DNA of 64,000 nt, from the NCBI GenBank assembly GCA_973895155.1, contig OZ316896.1:23704600-23768599 (forward strand), read 5' to 3'. The first letter of the stretch is position 1; every line of letters begins with the position of its first letter. Origin of the DNA: Marsupella aquatica. Taxonomy: Eukaryota > Plantae > Marchantiophyta. The notes below the pieces were generated by a model, which ran no database searches, was not told where the DNA came from, and worked only from the letters and a program-made list of their open reading frames with translations. Both the position numbers and the translations under genes were made by a program. Shown here piece by piece: positions 63,286 to 64,000 of the stretch.

Positions 63286-64000
63286 AGGTCGTCGAGCGTC
63301 GAGCTCGATTGCGAGCGAAGGCGCTACTCAACTCCTACTACCTCGACTATCCCCAGCAAGTGAACAGGTTATCCCCGCCTTTTGAGGGGCTACTCGTTCG
63401 TTCCGGGACGGCCGCAAATTCCGCGCCTGTGACAGGAATCTCATTCGAAATATGGCTTTGGAGTCTATGAAGCGTGGCCTGGAGCTCCAAAGCCAACTTA
63501 TCACTCGATCGCAGCCTCGCGAGCTGATGACTCTGGATAGAGGACAGAAGCCACCGTTCGAAAACTCCGAATCTAAGAAAGACGGAGAACATCAGATGCA
63601 GAAAGTTCATCAAGTAGAGAGCTATCCGGCACCACCACTCTAGGCGATGGAAAGGGGCCGACAGGGCCAGATTTATAGTCAACTACGGGTTCGAACCACA
63701 GGCCGCGTCCCGTCTGTACAATTCTTCCCTGAAATTAGTGCCTAATTAGACGTATTAATTAAAAATTAGTGTTCAGGTTCATCATCCTGAAGCGGGACGT
63801 CGGATAAGTGCATTGTAGTGTGCAGTAGAGCTTCGGAGCAAGTTTTACTCTTTCCGAGTAGACTCCCCCGCTTGCTTGTTCGGCCATGGACAACTGACGG
63901 CGGTACTCCAGAAACCGATCTCAATTATTAGAGCGTTCTTCATTGCTACTGTGAATTGGTGATGGTACAGCAGATAGTGGTTGCACATGCTTCTTAGCCT

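Overview
Eukaryotic, repeat-dense nuclear DNA, most likely from a land plant. A non-seed lineage such as moss, liverwort or fern is inferred from the style of the PLS-DYW PPR genes and is not proven. Positions 1-50.5 kb are a nested stack of transposable elements: three related Ty1/Copia elements, a decayed L1-type LINE, Ty3/Gypsy pol and integrase remnants, two MITEs, tandem repeats and solo LTRs. Positions 51-63 kb hold an inverted duplication with two tail-to-tail PLS-DYW (C-to-U RNA-editing) PPR genes. Four observations stand out. (1) Very long TG...CA-bounded units of 4.3-4.8 kb behave as Gypsy LTRs: one directly follows pol plus a PPT, and one is a solo copy with a 5-bp TSD. They carry a large protein-coding ORF inside them (about 1200 codons reconstructed in one family, 687 open codons in a second). 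(2) Two diverged Copia copies share an in-frame TGA between gag and pol at the same position, with a conserved peptide (GYAL) after it, suggesting programmed readthrough or another recoding. (3) An intronless APH/choline-kinase-like phosphotransferase of fungal appearance is a horizontal-transfer candidate. (4) One DYW gene has an exact 612-bp internal duplication of its P-L-S-P2-L2-S2 block. All alignments were done by eye and no database searches were run.
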